Shown: positions 41,962-52,167, numbered from the stretch's first letter. The stretch is 64,000 nt of DNA from an uncultured Candidatus Rokubacteria bacterium (GCA_963762145.1 CAVXJS010000010.1:260203-324202); one strand, 5' to 3'. Program-made: numbers and translations. Notes: generated by a model from the sequence alone, not told the origin.

Positions 41962-42405
41962 ATGAAGATCATCTTGATGGACGACGTGCCGACCCTGGGC
42001 CGCCGCGGCGAGGTCCGCGATGTCTCCGACGGCTACGCCCGCAACTTCCTGCTGCCCCAGAAGCTCGCCCTGCACGCCACCCCGGCGAACCTCAAGAACA
42101 TCGAGCAGATCAAGGCGCGCCAGAGCGCGCAGGCGGCCAAGCTCCACGCGGACGCGCAGAGCCAGGCCCAGGCCATCGAGGCCCTGCACTTCGCTCAGCG
42201 CCGGCAGGCGTCCGACGAGGGCCGGCTCTTCGGCTCGGTGGGCCGCGCCGACCTCGCGAGCTTCCTCTCGCAGCACGGCATCGAGATCGAGCGGCGCCGT
42301 ATCGGGCTCGACGAGCCGATCAAGACGCTCGGCGAGTTCTCGGTGCCGGTGCGCCTGCATCACGACGTCACCGCCCAGCTGAAGGTGTCCGTGACCCGGG
42401 AGTAG
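41962..42405 (+). CDS. rplI: 50S ribosomal protein L9
   Basis: MKIILMDDVPTLGRRGEVRDVSDGYARNFLLPQKLA... (147 aa). Confidence 0.9.
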   Translation: MKIILMDDVPTLGRRGEVRDVSDGYARNFLLPQKLALHATPANLKNIEQIKARQSAQAAKLHADAQSQAQAIEALHFAQRRQASDEGRLFGSVGRADLASFLSQHGIEIERRRIGLDEPIKTLGEFSVPVRLHHDVTAQLKVSVTRE

Positions 42406-43769
42406 TGGTGGCGACGCTCACCGACCTGCTCACCTCCAAGATCCCGCCCCACAGCCTGGAGGCGGAGCGGGCCGTGCTGGGGGCGATTCTGCTGGAGCGG
42501 GAGAGCCTGCCCAAGGCCATCGAGCTCCTCAAGCCCGCCGACTTCTACAAGGAAGGGCACCGCAAGATCTTCGACGCCACCCTCGCGCTCTTCGAGCGCA
42601 ACGAGCCGGTGGACCTGCTCACGGTGTCGGAGGAGCTGAAGCGGCGCGCGAGCCTGGAAGAGGTGGGGGGCGCCGCCGCCCTCGCGAGCCTGGTCGAGGA
42701 AGCCGCGACCGCGGCCCACCTGCTCTCCTACGGAGCGATCGTGCGGGAGAAGGCCCTCCTGCGCGACCTCATCCGCATCGCCACCGAGATCATCGGGCAG
42801 AGCTACGAGGCCCGCGACGACGTCGACAAGCTGCTCGACGACGCGGAGCGGCTGATCTTCCAGATCTCCGAGCGGCGGATGCAGGGCTCGGCCTTCCCGG
42901 TGCGGGCCATCCTGAAGGACACCTTCGAGCACATCGAGAAGCTGTACGACCGCAAGGAGCACATCACCGGGCTCGCCACCGGCTTCGACGATCTCGACCG
43001 CATGACCTCGGGCTTCCAGCCCAGCGACTTCATCATCATCGCGGGCCGGCCCTCCATGGGGAAGACCGCCTTCGCGCTGAACATCGCCAAGTTCGCGGGG
43101 GTCGAGGATCACAAGCGGGTGCTGGTGCTGAGCCTCGAGATGTCCAAGGAGCAGCTCGTGCAGCGGCTCCTGTGCGCGGAGGCCAAGGTGGACTCCCACA
43201 AGGTGCGCACCGGCTACCTCGACCCGCGGGACTGGACGCGGCTCACCAACGCGGCGGGGCGGCTCGCGGAGGCGCCGATCTACATCGACGACTCGCCCGC
43301 GCTCACCGTGCTCGAGGCGCGCGCCAAGGCGCGGCGCATGAAGGCCGAGCACGGGCTCGACCTGATCGTCATCGACTATCTCCAGCTGATGCGCGGCCGC
43401 CATCAGCAGGAGAATCGCCAGCAGGAGATCTCGGAGATCTCGCGGTCCCTCAAGGCCCTGGCCAAGGAGCTGTACGTGCCGGTGGTGGCGCTGTCCCAGC
43501 TCTCCCGCGCGGTGGAGACCCGCGAGCGCAAGGAGCCCCAGCTCTCGGACCTGCGCGAGTCGGGCGCGCTCGAGCAGGACGCCGACGTGATCCTCTTCCT
43601 CTACCGGCCCGAGCGATACGGCCTGCAATCGGAAGACGGGGACCGCGTCGCCGACGTGATCATCGGCAAGCAGCGCAACGGGCCCACCGGCAAGGTCCAG
43701 GTCACCTTCATCCCCGAGTACGCCTCCTTCGAGCGCCTGGCCAAGCGCCCGGAGGCCCAGCCCTTCTAG
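42405..43769 (+). CDS. dnaB: replicative DNA helicase
   Basis: 454-aa intact ORF with ..PPHSLEAERAVLGAILL.., Walker A AGRPSMGKTAF, ..IVIDYLQLM.. and ..SQLSRAVE... Confidence 0.95.
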   Translation: MVATLTDLLTSKIPPHSLEAERAVLGAILLERESLPKAIELLKPADFYKEGHRKIFDATLALFERNEPVDLLTVSEELKRRASLEEVGGAAALASLVEEAATAAHLLSYGAIVREKALLRDLIRIATEIIGQSYEARDDVDKLLDDAERLIFQISERRMQGSAFPVRAILKDTFEHIEKLYDRKEHITGLATGFDDLDRMTSGFQPSDFIIIAGRPSMGKTAFALNIAKFAGVEDHKRVLVLSLEMSKEQLVQRLLCAEAKVDSHKVRTGYLDPRDWTRLTNAAGRLAEAPIYIDDSPALTVLEARAKARRMKAEHGLDLIVIDYLQLMRGRHQQENRQQEISEISRSLKALAKELYVPVVALSQLSRAVETRERKEPQLSDLRESGALEQDADVILFLYRPERYGLQSEDGDRVADVIIGKQRNGPTGKVQVTFIPEYASFERLAKRPEAQPF

Positions 43770-43777
43770 CCGGGCAG

Positions 43778-45130
43778 GTGACCAGGGTCGTCATCGTCGG
43801 GGCGGGCAAGGGCGGGCGCGCCCTGCTCGAGATGTTCAGCGGGGACCCCACCGTCACCATCATCGGGGTCGCCGACGTCAACTCCTGGGCCCCGGGGCTC
43901 GAGCTGGCCCGGCGCCTCAACATCGCGGTGAGCACCGACCTGCGGGAGGTCGTCGCGGATCCGCGGGTCGACCTCATCATCGACGTCACCGGCAATGCCC
44001 AGGTACAGGAAGCCATCCAGCGGGTCAAGCCGCCCGGTGCCGAGGTGATGGGGGGCGCCAGCGCCAAGTTCATGTGGGATCTCCTGGCCGAGCGGCAGCG
44101 CAGCGAGGAGCTGGAGGACCGGTACTCGCTCATGCTCCGCGAGCTGCAGGCCAAGGACGAGGGCGAGCTCATCATCGGGCAGAACCCGAAGATGCGGGAG
44201 CTGGCCGAGCAGGTCATCCGGGTGGCCCAGACCCCGACCACGGTGCTGATCCGCGGGGAGTCCGGCACCGGCAAGGAGCTGGTGGCCCGGGCGATCCACC
44301 GCTACTCGAACCTCCGCGACAAGCCGCTCGTCACCGTCAACTGCACCGCGCTGACGCCGACCCTGATGGAGTCGGAGCTCTTCGGACACAAGCGCGGATC
44401 GTTCACCGGCGCGGTGGCCGACAAGGTGGGCCTCTTCGAGAAGGCGGACGGCGCGACCATCTTCCTCGACGAGGTCGGGGACATGCCGCTCGAGATGCAG
44501 GGCAAGCTCCTCCGGGTGCTCCAGGCGGGGGAGGTGAAGCCGGTCGGCGACGTGGTCACCCGGAAGGTGCGGGTGCGGGTGATCGCGGCCACGAACCGGG
44601 ACCTCGAGAAGGCCCTGGCCGGCGCCGAGTTCCGCGAGGACCTGTTCTACCGGTTCAATGCGTTCACGGTCGTCCTCCCTCCGCTCCGCGAGCGCAGCGA
44701 GGACATCCCGGTGCTTGCCTACCACTTCCTCCGCAAGGCGGAGGCCAAGGTGAACAAGAAGGTGGATCGCTTCTCCCAGGACGCGCTGGACATGCTCAAG
44801 AGCTACGGCTGGCCCGGCAACCTGCGCGAGCTGGAGAACATCATCGAGCGAGCCGTGGTGCTCTCCTCGAGCCAGCAGATCGACGTCGCGCACCTGCCGC
44901 TCTATCTCCGCGAGTCGGGGCCGATCCGGGTGACGACGCAGGAGGGCTTCGTCCAGGCCAAGGAGCGGGTGGTGTCCATGTTCGAGAAAGAGGCCATCGA
45001 TCGGTTCCTGTCCGAAGCCCGGGGTAACATCTCGGTCGCCGCCCAGAAGGCCGGCATCACCCGCCGGAACTTCCATCGGCTTCTGTCCAAGTACTCGATA
45101 AATACGAAGAGGTTCAAGGGTGAGTCGTAG
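43778..45130 (+). CDS. sigma-54-dependent transcriptional activator with N-terminal Rossmann-like domain
   Basis: AAA+ core with Walker A GESGTGKE, a GAFTGA variant (GSFTGA), ..ATIFLDEVG.., ..RVIAATNRDL.., and a C-terminal Fis-type HTH (..NISVAAQKAGITRRNFHRLL..). The N-terminus VVIVGAGKGGRALL... looks dinucleotide-binding. The start is taken as GTG 43778, after the dnaB stop. Confidence 0.85.
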   Translation: MTRVVIVGAGKGGRALLEMFSGDPTVTIIGVADVNSWAPGLELARRLNIAVSTDLREVVADPRVDLIIDVTGNAQVQEAIQRVKPPGAEVMGGASAKFMWDLLAERQRSEELEDRYSLMLRELQAKDEGELIIGQNPKMRELAEQVIRVAQTPTTVLIRGESGTGKELVARAIHRYSNLRDKPLVTVNCTALTPTLMESELFGHKRGSFTGAVADKVGLFEKADGATIFLDEVGDMPLEMQGKLLRVLQAGEVKPVGDVVTRKVRVRVIAATNRDLEKALAGAEFREDLFYRFNAFTVVLPPLRERSEDIPVLAYHFLRKAEAKVNKKVDRFSQDALDMLKSYGWPGNLRELENIIERAVVLSSSQQIDVAHLPLYLRESGPIRVTTQEGFVQAKERVVSMFEKEAIDRFLSEARGNISVAAQKAGITRRNFHRLLSKYSINTKRFKGES

Positions 45131-45314
45131 TCAGCCCATATATGAGTCGCTAGAGACTCATGGGTTGCCTTCCGGTTAGCGCCAGTAATTCAGCTAGTTC
45201 TGACCAGCCACGCAGGAATATGTCCCCCCGAGGTGAGTCGTAGGTGTCTCTATTTCTGTGTCGTCGATTTGCACAGAGGTAGACCAATCAACTACTTCCG
45301 CTCGCTCTGAGTCC

Positions 45315-45329
45315 TGGAACGCTTCTTGA
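45315..45329 (+). promoter_or_regulatory. sigma-54 (-24/-12) promoter candidate
   Basis: TGGAAC-gcttc-TTGA versus consensus TGGCAC-N5-TTGC (13/15 with correct spacing), 38 nt upstream of the ATG at 45367. An IHF-like site (aatcaactactt, 45286-45297) and repeated TGAGTC motifs lie upstream. Confidence 0.4.
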
Positions 45330-45366
45330 CTCTATCCGAGAGCATCTCGCACTCGAGGAGGGGCAA

Positions 45367-45540
45367 ATGGGGGCTCAGTGCCGCTGTGGAACCGACATCC
45401 AGTTCTCGTTCAATCACCTAGGCTGCATCGCCTGCGGGGCCGCCTGCTGTCCCGCGTGCTCGTACGAGCTCGAGTCCGCCAGCTACTGCTCGGCCTGCGC
45501 CGAGACTCTGCTGGAGCTGCCCTGGGCCGCGAAGGCCTGA
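45367..45540 (+). CDS. small Cys-rich (zinc-finger-like) protein, 57 aa, absent from the ORF track
   Basis: ATG preceded by gaggagggg. Translation: MGAQCRCGTDIQFSFNHLGCIACGAACCPACSYELESASYCSACAETLLELPWAAKA (10 Cys, CxC/CxxC/CCxxC/CxxC spacing). Confidence 0.45.
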   Translation: MGAQCRCGTDIQFSFNHLGCIACGAACCPACSYELESASYCSACAETLLELPWAAKA

Positions 45541-45613
45541 TCGTTCCTTTACCTATCGCCGCCGGCGCGCGCTCGCCAGGGCGCCGGCGCTGTCGCTCCG
45601 AGGGAGGGTCACG

Positions 45614-46585
45614 ATGGAGTCCAAGGGGAAAACGTTCCGCCGCCTGCTGCAGGATGAGCCCTATCTCTTCACCGGCGGCATCTATTCACCGCTCGACGCC
45701 CAGATCGCCGAGCAGGCCGGCATGAAGTCCATCTACCTGAGCGGCTACTCGCTGGCCATGCTCAACGGCTGGCCCGACATGGGCTTCCTCACCATGACCG
45801 AGGTGACGAAGGCGGCGTCGATGGTGGCGAGCGCGGTGGAGGTGCCCATCATCGCGGACGCCGACGACGGCTACGGCAACGCGCTCTCGACCATGCGCAC
45901 GGTGCAGGAGTTCGTGAAGACCGGAGTGGCGGGCATCCACCTCGAGGACCAGCGCTTCCCGAAGCGCTGCGGCCACATCGCGGGGAAGACGATCGTGTCG
46001 CGCGAGGAGGCGCTCGGCAAGTACCGGTCCGCCCTCGCGGAGCGCGACCGGCTCGACCGGGACTTCGTGATCATCGCGCGCACCGACGCCTTCGGGGCGG
46101 TGGGCGGGAGCATGGACGAGGCGATCTGGCGCGGCCGGGCCTACGCCGACGCGGGCGTGGATCTCGTCTGGGCCGAGCTGTCGAGCTCGGACCGGGGGCC
46201 CGCGATCGAGTTCGCGCGGGCCATGAAGGAGACGCACCCGAACCTGCCCCTGGCCTTCAACTACTCGTCCTCGTTCCGCTGGCACAAGGACGACAACCCG
46301 CTCACCTTCCGGGAGCTCGGCGAGCTCGGCTACCGCTTCATCTTCATCACACTCTTCGGAGCCCACGCCGCGATGCACTCGGTGTGGAACTTCATGCAGG
46401 AGCTGGTCAAGAACGAGGAGCAGGCCCAGTGGACGCTCGAGCGCCTGAAGGTGGGCCATCCGACCGAGAGCCACCACGTGATGGCCCGCGTCTCGCACTT
46501 CCAGGAGCTGGAGCGCCGGTTCATCCCGGGCACCGCGGAGCGCCTGCAGGGATCCGACGGTTTCGGGGAGGCCAAGGGGCACTGA
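45614..46585 (+). CDS. isocitrate lyase / PEP mutase superfamily enzyme (methylisocitrate-lyase-like)
   Basis: 323-aa ORF with ..IYLSGYSLA.., ..PIIADADDGYGNA.., ..GIHLEDQRFPKRCGHIAGK... Confidence 0.8.
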   Translation: MESKGKTFRRLLQDEPYLFTGGIYSPLDAQIAEQAGMKSIYLSGYSLAMLNGWPDMGFLTMTEVTKAASMVASAVEVPIIADADDGYGNALSTMRTVQEFVKTGVAGIHLEDQRFPKRCGHIAGKTIVSREEALGKYRSALAERDRLDRDFVIIARTDAFGAVGGSMDEAIWRGRAYADAGVDLVWAELSSSDRGPAIEFARAMKETHPNLPLAFNYSSSFRWHKDDNPLTFRELGELGYRFIFITLFGAHAAMHSVWNFMQELVKNEEQAQWTLERLKVGHPTESHHVMARVSHFQELERRFIPGTAERLQGSDGFGEAKGH

Positions 46586-46591
46586 GCCGTG

Positions 46592-46632
46592 GCCGCGGGC
46601 ACCGGACGCGGCGTGCGTCCGGTCCCCGCGGC
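46592..46632. terminator. 17-bp GC-rich hairpin between convergent genes
   Basis: gccgcggg(c)accggacgc-ggcgt-gcgtccggt(c)cccgcggc, with one C.C mismatch and no U-tract. Confidence 0.45.
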
Positions 46633-46635
46633 GAT

Positions 46636-47253
46636 TCAGGCCTCGTCGCGACGGCGCATCGCCTGCACGATGCGCACCGCCACCAGGACCAGAATGCCGA
46701 CCAGCACGACGACCAGCACGACCCGCTCGACCTCCCCCACCACGTAGCGCAGGCGCTCCACGTAGCTCCCGAAGCCGTAGCCCACCGCGTAACCCGCGCC
46801 GACCACCACCGGCACGTAGACGACGGCGCCCGCCACGTTGGCGATGAAGAAGGACGAGAACCGCATCCCGAGGGCCCCCGCGAGGGGCCCCGCGGTGAAG
46901 CGGACGCCGGGGACGAACCGGGCGACGAATACCGCGAGCGGCCCGCGGCGGCCCACGAAGGCCTTCATGGTCTCGAGGCGCTCGGGGTGGCCGAGCACCC
47001 AGCGCGCGTAGCGAGGCATCGCGGTCTGCCCGTAGCGGCGCCCGAGCCAGTAGCCGACGTTGTCGCCCACCACCGCGCTGACGATGCCGACCGCGAGCAC
47101 CAGGGAGAGGCGGAGCTTGCCGCGCCAGACCAGGTAGCCGGCCAGCGCCAGGATCGTCTCCTCCGGCACCGGGAGGCCCACGTTGCCGAGCACCACCACC
47201 ACGAAGATGGCGAGGTAGCCCCAGTGCCCGACGAACCCCTGGAGGTCGCTCAC
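46636..47253 (-). CDS. DedA-family membrane protein
   Basis: ..GYLAIFVVVVLGNVGLPVPEETILALAGYL.. and ..VARFVPGVRFTAGPLAG... Confidence 0.8.
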   Translation of the reverse strand: MSDLQGFVGHWGYLAIFVVVVLGNVGLPVPEETILALAGYLVWRGKLRLSLVLAVGIVSAVVGDNVGYWLGRRYGQTAMPRYARWVLGHPERLETMKAFVGRRGPLAVFVARFVPGVRFTAGPLAGALGMRFSSFFIANVAGAVVYVPVVVGAGYAVGYGFGSYVERLRYVVGEVERVVLVVVLVGILVLVAVRIVQAMRRRDEA

Positions 47254-47275
47254 GAATCCTCGCGGGCGGAGGAGA

Positions 47276-47758
47276 TCACTCGCCGGCGGGCCGGCGGGTG
47301 ACGACGCTCACGCGGCCGTCCTCCTCCAGGAAGGCGTAGCGGATGTCCCGCAGCGAGATGACGCCGTGATGGCGCAGGGCCGCACGCAGATCCCGGGGGC
47401 CGAGCCGCTCCCGCCGCAGGTTGTCGCGGATGATGCGGCCGTGGCGGACGAGCACGGTGGGGGAGTGCTCAACCACGCGGTCCAAGCGCTTGAAGCGGAA
47501 GGTCACGTAGGCCACCGCTGAGTTGAGAGCCAGGATGGTGACCGCGCCGATGATCCCGCCCCCGAGCGAGTTGTCGTTGCCGATCATCGCGTTCTGCAGC
47601 ACGTTGCTGATCAGGAGCAGGACGACGAGGTCGAAGGCGGTGAGCTGGCCGAGCTGCCGCTTGCCGCAGAGGCGGAAGGCCAGCAGCAGGAATGCGTACA
47701 CCGCCCCCGCGCGCAGCACCTTCTCCGCGACGCTGATGTCGGGTACCAGGATGTCCAT
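47276..47758 (-). CDS. DUF421 (YetF-like) membrane protein
   Basis: ..GKRQLGQLTAFDLVVLLLISNVLQNAMIG.. and a C-terminal ..DLRAALRHHGVISLRDIRYAFLEEDGRVSV... The start is taken as the ATG at 47758. Confidence 0.7.
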   Translation of the reverse strand: MDILVPDISVAEKVLRAGAVYAFLLLAFRLCGKRQLGQLTAFDLVVLLLISNVLQNAMIGNDNSLGGGIIGAVTILALNSAVAYVTFRFKRLDRVVEHSPTVLVRHGRIIRDNLRRERLGPRDLRAALRHHGVISLRDIRYAFLEEDGRVSVVTRRPAGE

Positions 47759-48204
47759 GAGGCTCCGGCCCTCAGCATCGCACCCGTCCCGACGGATCGG
47801 GGCCGAAATTGACACGCGGGCATCGCGGCCGTAGGCTCGCGGCATGTGGCGGCGGACGCTCGTGGTGCTGGGACTGGCGCTGCTGCACCTCCTCCTCGCC
47901 GCGACGGTGACCCTGGAGACCGCCGACGTCGCGTGGGCCCCGAGCTACATCGACGGCGACGACCGCGACGCGACGCGATTCTCCGAGCGGCTGTGCGCGC
48001 TGGCCGGCGCGCCCGCCGGCCTGATCCCGCTCCTGGCCGCGCTCGCGATGGTCGTGGCGCGCCCGCCCGCGGCCGCGCGCCGGGTCGCGCCCGCCCGCCT
48101 CCGCGTCCGCGCTCCACCTCGCGCCTAGTCCTCTCTCCGCGCGGTTCTCGGGCGGGACTCCCGCCCGCGTCGTGATCCAAATTCCACCGTCGAGGAGGAC
48201 GCGC

Positions 48205-48399
48205 ATGTTCGGTCTCGGTGCTCAGGAGCTGATCTTGATCCTGCTGATCGCGCTGGTGCTGTTCGGTGGCTCGAAGATTCCGGAGGTCGGCCGCTCTCTC
48301 GGGCAGGCGATCCGCGAGTTCAAGCGGGGTGTGGAGACCGCGGACGCGCCCGCCGGGCCCCCGAACCGCCCCGGGCCGGACGGACCGAAGTCGACGTGA
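48205..48399 (+). CDS. tatA: twin-arginine translocase subunit TatA/E
   Basis: MFGLGAQELILILLIALVLFGGSKIPEVGRSLGQAIREFKRG.. preceded by gaggagga. Confidence 0.85.
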   Translation: MFGLGAQELILILLIALVLFGGSKIPEVGRSLGQAIREFKRGVETADAPAGPPNRPGPDGPKST

Positions 48400-48469
48400 C
48401 GCGGGCGGGCGCGGGGGACGCGAATGCTTGACACCCGGGCGCCCCCACCTCTAGCGTAGGTGCTTCAGG

Positions 48470-50288
48470 ATGAAGATCAGCGCCGTAAAGAAGCTGTTCG
48501 TGGGATCACCGCTCGCTACGGCGCAGGCCCGGCACGAGCGGCTCTCGAAGACGTCCGCGCTCGCGGTCTTCTCGTCCGACGCGCTCTCCTCGGTGGCGTA
48601 CGCCACCGAGGAGATCCTGCTGGTCCTGGTGGTCGCGGGCACCGCCGCGCTCGTCTACTCGATTCCGATCGGGCTCGCGATCGCGGTGCTGATCGCGGTC
48701 GTGGTCAGCTCGTACCGGCAGACCATCCTGGCCTATCCCCAGGGCGGCGGCTCCTACATCGTCACCAAGGACAACCTGGGCCAGGTGCCCGGGCTCGTCT
48801 CCGGGGCCGCGCTGCTCATCGACTACGTGCTGACGGTCGCGGTGAGCGTGGCCGCGGGCGTGGCCGCCATCACCTCCGCGTTCCCCGTCCTCTACGACTA
48901 TCGCGTCCCGCTCGGCGTGCTCTTCGTCGCCGGGATCGCGACCATGAACCTTCGGGGCCTGCGGGAGTCGAGCAATCTCTTCGCGGTCCCGACCTACCTC
49001 TTCGTGATGAGCTTCGGGGGCATGCTCGCCTACGGCTTCATCCGGTGGGTGGCGGGATGGGAGACTCCGCCGCCTCCGACCGCCGATCTCGCGGTGACCC
49101 AGGACCTGTCCCTCTTCCTGGTGCTGCGCGCGTTCTCCTCCGGCTGCGCCGCGCTCACCGGCGTCGAGGCGGTGTCCGACGGCGTGCCCGCCTTCCGGCC
49201 GCCGGAGGCGCGCAACGCCCGCGTCGTGCTCGCCTGGCTCGGGTTCGATCCTGATCACGCTGTTCGTCGGCATCACGTTCCTGGCCCGTCACCTGCACAT
49301 CGTGCCGCGGGAGGACGAGACGGTGGTCTCGCAGCTCGCCCGCCTCATCTTCGGAGACGGGCTCCTGTACTACGAGATCCAGGTCGTCACCATGTTCATC
49401 CTGGTCTTCGCGGCCAACACCGCCTTCGCCGACTTCCCGCGGCTGGCCTACTTCCTGGCCCGCGACGGCTTCATCCCCCGCCAGTTCGCCACCCGCGGCG
49501 ATCGGCTCGTCTTCTCCAACGGGATCCTGATCCTGGGCGGCCTCGCCGCCCTCCTCATCGTGCTGTTCGGCGGGGCCACCCACGCCCTCATCCCGCTCTA
49601 CGCGGTGGGGGTGTTCCTCTCCTTCACGCTCTCGCAGGCGAGCATGGTGCGGCGCTGGCTCACTCGCCGCGAGCCGGGCTGGCGGTGGCGGTGGGGCCTC
49701 AACGCGGTGGGAGCGGCCACCACCGGCCTCGTGATGCTGGTCATCGCGATCACCAAGTTCAGTCACGGGGCCTGGATGGTCGTGCTGCTGATCCCGCTGC
49801 TGGTGGCGGTCTTCATGATGATCCATCGCCACTACGCCGACGTGGCGGGCCAGCTCTCGCTCGACGAGTACGGAGGGCCGCCCCCGATCGACCACACCGT
49901 GCTCGTGCTGGTGGGCGACCTGCACCGCGGGGTGGCCTCCGCGCTGCGCTACGCGCAGAGCCTCTCGGCGTCGGTGAAGGCGGTCTACGTCGAGATGGAT
50001 CCGGAGCGGACGCAGAAGCTCGAGGAGAAGTGGGGCAAGTGGGGGCTCGGGGTTCCCCTCGTGGTGCTGACGTCGCCCTACCGGTCGCTGCTCACCCCGT
50101 TCCTCGACTACGTCAACCACCTCCTCGCGCTGAGCGAGCGCCAGGTGGTCACGATCGTGATCCCGGAGTTCGTTCCGGCCCGGTGGTGGCAGCATCTCCT
50201 CCACAACCAGACCGCCCTGCTCATCAAGGGCGCGCTGCTGTTCCGCAAGGGCGTCGTGGTCGTGGACGTCCCCTTCCACCTCCGATGA
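48470..50288 (+). pseudogene. APC-superfamily permease, KimA-like (K+ uptake type), copy 1, one frameshift near 49245
   Basis: KKLFVGSPLATAQARHERLSKTSALAVFSSDALSSVAYATEEIL.. resembles the KimA/YdaO N-terminus. The second part (49302..50288 frame) carries the TM core and a C-terminal cytoplasmic domain (..VLVLVGDLHRGVASALRYA..VVTIVIPEFVPARWWQHLLHNQTAL..). Confidence 0.7.
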
Positions 50289-52109
50289 ATCTCTCCAAGC
50301 TCAAACGATGGTTCGTGGGCACGCCGATCGCGACGGCCCAGGCGCACCACGAGCGGCTCGGCCCGGTCACCGGTCTCGCCGTCTTCGCTTCCGACAACCT
50401 CTCCTCGGTGGCGTACGCCACCGAGGAGATTCTGCGTGTGCTCCTCCTCGCCGGGGTGGGGGCGCTCGCGTTCTCGGTGCCCATCGGCTTCTGCATCGCC
50501 GCGGTGATCGGGATCGTGATCATGTCGTACCGTCAGAACATCGCGGCGTACCCGCAGGGCGCCAGCGACTACATCGTGGCCAAGGACAACCTGGGGGTCT
50601 TCCCGGGCCTGACCGCGGGCGCCGCCCTCCTCATCGACTACACCCTGACGGTGGCGGTGAGCGTCTCCGCCGGAGTCGCCGCGCTCACCTCCGCCTTCCC
50701 GGTGCTCTACCCGTACCGGGTCGTGCTCGGCGTGGGCCTGGTGGTGCTCGTCGCGGTGGCGAACCTGCGGGGCATTCGCGAGTCCGGCCGGGTGTTCGCG
50801 GTGTGGAGCTACCTGTTCATCGCCGGGTATGCGCTGCTGATGGTCTACGGCTTCGCGGCGCTCGCGATCTGGGGCCGCCCCCCGGTGGAGTCGGTCGCGC
50901 CCCCTCCACCGCCTCTCGCCGAGCTCGGCGTGTTCCTGCTCCTGCGTGCCTTCGCCTCCGGCGCGGTCGCCCTCACCGGGATCGAGGCGGTCTCGGACGG
51001 CACCCCGGCGTTCCGGCCGCCGGAGGTGCGCAACGCGCAGACCGTGCTCGCGGTCCTCGGCGTGATCATGATCACGCTGTTCCTCGGCATCACGGTGCTG
51101 GCGGCCAGCTACGAGATCGTGCCGCACGACCAGGAGACCGTGGTCTCCCAGCTCGCCCGCGAGGTCTTCGGGGGCGGCCTGCTCTACTACTTCATCCAGG
51201 GCGTCTCGATGGTCATCCTGGCCCTCGCGGCCAACACCGCGTTCGCCGACTTCCCCCGGCTGGCGTCGTTCATGGCGCGCGACGGGTTCCTGCCCCGGCA
51301 GTTCGCGAGCCGGGGCGACCGGCTGGTGTTCTCGAACGGGGTCATCATCCTGGCGGTGGCCGCGTCGGCGCTGATCGCGCTCTTCGACGGGAGCACGCAC
51401 TCCCTGATCCCGCTCTACGCCCTCGGGGTCTTCACGTCGTTCACGCTGTCGCAGGTGGGCATGGTGCGCCGCTGGCTCACGCAGCCGCCCCGCGGGATGG
51501 CGGCCGAAGGCGCTGATCAGCGGGCTGGGCGCGGCGACCACCGGGCTCGTGATGGTGGTCACCGCGCTCGCCAAGTTCTCGGACGGGGCGTGGATCGTGG
51601 TGGTGATCGCGGGCGCCCTCATCGCGGGCTTCGTGAGCATCAACCGCCACTATCGCGAGGTGGCGGGCCAGCTCTCGCTCGACGGCTACGCGGGGCCGCC
51701 GCCCATGCAGCACACCGTGCTCGTCCTGGTCGGCGATCTCCACAAGGGGGTCGTGCAGGCGCTGCAGTACGCGCGCACCCTCTCGCCGTCGGCCAAGGCG
51801 GTCTACGTGGAGATGGATCCGGAGAAGACGCGCCGGCTCGAGGAGAAGTGGGGCAAGTGGGGCTTCGGCGTGCCGCTGGTGGTGCTGACGTCACCCTACC
51901 GGCTGCTGCTGTCGCCGCTGCTCGACTACGTGGACCATCTCCTCGCGCTCGGCGAGAACCACATGGTGACCATCGTCATCCCCGAGTTCATTCCGGCCAA
52001 GTGGTGGCAGCAGCTCCTCCACAACCAGACCGCGCTGGTGATCAAGGGCGCGCTGCTCTTCCGGCGAAATGTGGTGGTCACGGACGTCCCGTACCACCTG
52101 CGGAGGTAG
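50285..52109 (+). pseudogene. APC-superfamily permease, KimA-like, copy 2, one frameshift near 51490
   Basis: MNLSKLKRWFVGTPIATAQAHHERLGPVTGLAVFASDNLSSVAYATEEIL.. is collinear with copy 1 over its whole length. The ATG overlaps the copy 1 stop (ATGA). Confidence 0.7.
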
Positions 52110-52167
52110 TGAACGGTAATGAACCGGGGCTTGCCGAGGGACTCCAGATGAGTATTCTTGGGCAGAG

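Noticed and set aside
47844-48128. 94-aa ORF with a signal-like N-terminus (MWRRTLVVLGLALLHLLLAA..)
   Set aside because: It could be a small secreted or membrane protein, but the C-terminal half is Ala/Arg/Pro low-complexity and there is no clear RBS or family match. Evidence was too weak to list as a feature.
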